Assembly (NCBI RefSeq): GCF_001194135.2 | Contig: NC_068985.1 | Location: 78,993,726-79,057,725 of the forward strand | Reading direction: 5' to 3' | DNA length: 64,000 nucleotides | DNA from: Octopus bimaculoides | Taxonomy: Eukaryota | Part shown: positions 61,722 to 64,000 of the stretch, one piece after another | Layout of the letters: every line of letters starts with the position of its first letter | Numbering within the stretch: the first letter of the stretch is position 1 | Notes under the pieces: generated by a model | Databases searched by the model: none | What the model was told of the DNA's origin: nothing | What the model saw: only the letters and a program-made list of their open reading frames with translations | Made by a program: the position numbers and the translations under genes

Positions 61722-62214
61722 TTGGTTTCAGTTTCACCTGAAAAGGGATGCCGAAAAGGATTCAAGGGCATCAAGGACCACCTTGTGTTAAACAAGGTTA
61801 TAACGAAGAACTGTAAACGGTACCAAAAAAACTTATGCATGGCCTGGATAGACTTCAAAAAGGCTTACGATATGTTGCTGCATTCGTGGATTTTGGAAAT
61901 ACTCGTCATAGCTGTGGAGTAGCTGAAAACGTGTGTGCACTGATTAAGAACAGCATGCCTAGTTGGAAAACGCGTCTTTCTTGAAACAGCCAGCACTTAG
62001 CCGAGGTAACAATCAAAAGAGGTATCTTCCAAGGAGACTCCTGTTCACCTCTATTATTTGTTATAGCCTTGATCCCACTTTCTGTAGCCCTACGTAAATT
62101 ATCGTGCACTATGAGCTGAGAAAGAACGGACCTCGTCTCAACCACCTTCTCTTCATGGATGATTTAAAACTGTTCGCAAAAACAGAGCCTGAAATAGAGA
62201 AGTTGGTTGACACG
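61722..62214 (+). mobile_element. R4/Dong-clade LINE RT segment
   Basis: KGCRKG..DHLVLNK..CMAWIDFKKAYD..HSWI, RGIFQGDSCSPLLFVIALIPLS and LNHLLFMDDLKLFAK. Confidence 0.9.
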
Positions 62215-63238
62215 TATTTCTTTCATGATGATATGTTGATCTCTTGGCACTGCTACGTCGATTATTAGGCATTCTTGTTTGTCCCTCCTAAAGGTTACTA
62301 TATCCGGTCTTCGGTGCTCTAACACTTTGTCTGGAAATCAAAGATCTTTGCCTTTCCCATTTCATCCATTACCTTTTCCAGTGTATGTTGGTACCAAACA
62401 CCCGTAACTTCATATCCATACTTACGACATAGTAGCCAGTGGAGGTTTTGGGTTACTTTGTCGTGTCTACGCTTGTACTCTTTTTGTGCAAGACTTTCAC
62501 AAGAACTAGCAATGTGAGTCACACTTTCGACCTTCTTCCCACACATTCTGCAGATGTCCGATGCACTTATGTGGTATATATTCTTTTTCACTGAGTTGGT
62601 ATTCAATGCTTGGTCCTGGGCCGCGATGATTAGGCTTTCAGTATTCTTTTTTAGGTCACCCTTCTGGAACCACTTCCATGATGCTGCACGGTGGAACTGG
62701 CCACGTAAAATGGAGAAGCTGGTCGACAAGTGTTTCTGCTACAGCGACTGCTCACTGTTACAAACGCAACCTTGCATTATTGTCGATGCAGTTTCATCAG
62801 GGTCCGTCGATTTGGTCATCCTCGAAGTGAACTGATTGAAGTTGTTGGCATCCTTTTGTCTCGAGAGACAATGGAGTTGCGCATCCTCTCCAGTTTTGCG
62901 CAGGCCTGGGCTAGATGTAAGAAAATCCTGGGTAGCTCAATCGTCAGGATTCCTCTCTCGACTTTGCTGACGTAGTCCAAAGGAGTGCAGAGCACTACGC
63001 TTGGCACTAGCTTGGTTGCAGGAGCTGCCGGAAGAGTGTCGAGTCGAACACTAAACCGCCTACGGGGCTCCACTCCGAATTTCTTTGAAGGTTGTCTCCT
63101 TTCCGTAACCCTAGATAGGGACCCATATCGGGTACTGTCAGCCGGAGCCAGCTTAGCCTGGGACTCGTGTCAGGCAGGGTCGTCACTCCCTGAAGTAGTG
63201 AAGAAAATCACTACCCACTACTTATTGCAGTAACTTTG

Positions 63239-63240
<2 letters not shown>
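62215..63240 (-). mobile_element. R4/Dong-clade LINE segment: probable 5' region fused to CCHC knuckle and start of REL
   Basis: GQFHR..SWKWFQKGDLKKNTESLIIAAQDQAL..CRMCGKKVESVTHIASSC..RHDKV..LEHRRPDIV..CLIIDVAVP. The upstream 500 bp is GC-richer and ends at (AC)20. Confidence 0.85.

Positions 63241-63280
<40 letters not shown>
63241..63280. repeat. (AC)20 microsatellite
   Basis: Read directly. Confidence 0.97.
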
Positions 63281-63285
<5 letters not shown>

Positions 63286-63310
63286 TGTTTGTATCTATGT
63301 GCGTGTGTGT

Positions 63311-63469
63311 TGTAATAATGAAGTGAAACTAAATACTGATATTTTGAATTCATTTGAATTCAAAATATTCATTCAGTTTATTATATGAAATGCGTCCATT
63401 ACGTAAACATGAAACGTACGTATTAAATAAGTTCAAAATATCGCTCTTTGGTTTGACTTCATTTTTACA
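63311..63469. mobile_element. Small MITE with TIRs of about 37 bp and an internal hairpin
   Basis: TGTAATAATGAAGTGAAACTAAATACTGATATTTTGAA vs TTCAAAATATCGCTCTTTGGTTTGACTTCATTTTTACA; internal ATATTTTGAATTC-ATTT-GAATTCAAAATAT. Confidence 0.7.
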
Positions 63470-63661
63470 TCTTATACAACCCGATGCCAGTACAAACTAG
63501 CCGATCTAGACTACTTATGCAGACACTCTAACAACTATTTAGAGTTGTTTGTTATATTTGACTCGAGTCTAAAATTCTGGTACCGTGCACCGTGTCTTAA
63601 CATAACCCGAAATGTATGTTTACATACATGAGAGGCATAACCAGAGTTTAAAGTTAGGGTC

Positions 63662-63878
63662 ATGCCGCCTCACAAGGGCCAGCCTCCTGGTTTCCATGGC
63701 GCAGATTTCCCTAGCTGGACGGGACGCCGCAGGATTACTCATTTTTGCCAGCTGAGTGGACTGGAGCAATGTGAAATGAAGTGTTTTGCTCAAGAACACA
63801 ACACGTTGCCTGGTCCAGGAATTGAGACCACAATCCTACGATCATGCATCGAACACCCTGGCCACTAAGCCATACGAG
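63662..63878 (-). mobile_element. tRNA-derived CORE-like SINE with a third type of tail
   Basis: Minus strand TGGCTTAGTGG..CAATTCCTGGACCAGG..GTGTTCTTGAGCAAAACACTTCATTTCACATTGCTCCAGTCCACTCAGCTGG. Confidence 0.8.
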
Positions 63879-64000
63879 TACATAAAAAATAGTCACCGTG
63901 ACACATACTAAACTCACTTCTCTTATATTACGCGAAAGGGTAGAGATGGACTATATGTAATCTGAACCTTTCTCCCCCCCTTATTTATTAATTTTTTTAA

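Overview
AT-rich animal genomic DNA from a gapped scaffold: 14 N-runs total about 6.6 kb, and most are flanked by (TA)n or (CA)n. The tRNA-derived SINE families, microsatellite density and TTAGGG motifs look like an octopod cephalopod such as Octopus; this is recognised from memory and not verified. I find no intact host protein-coding gene, rRNA or CRISPR array. All long ORFs in the track are N-gap or microsatellite artefacts or transposon relics. The window is a transposon graveyard: CR1, RTE, R4/Dong and I/Jockey-type LINE fragments, a full-length decayed DD34D mariner, two hAT transposase fossils, several MITE/foldback elements, more than 25 SINE copies built from shuffled modules, and one tRNA-Gly pseudogene. 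The most notable unexplained structures are an old tandem duplication/triplication at 46.7-51.4 kb with conserved motifs, a decayed Penelope-type hammerhead ribozyme, a divergent (CCCTAA)/(TTAGGG) palindrome inside a probable mobile element, several long foldbacks, an inverted and rearranged R4/Dong element, and a repeat family that ends in (TA)n tracts. I cannot support a claim of a wholly new biological system; these are leads.
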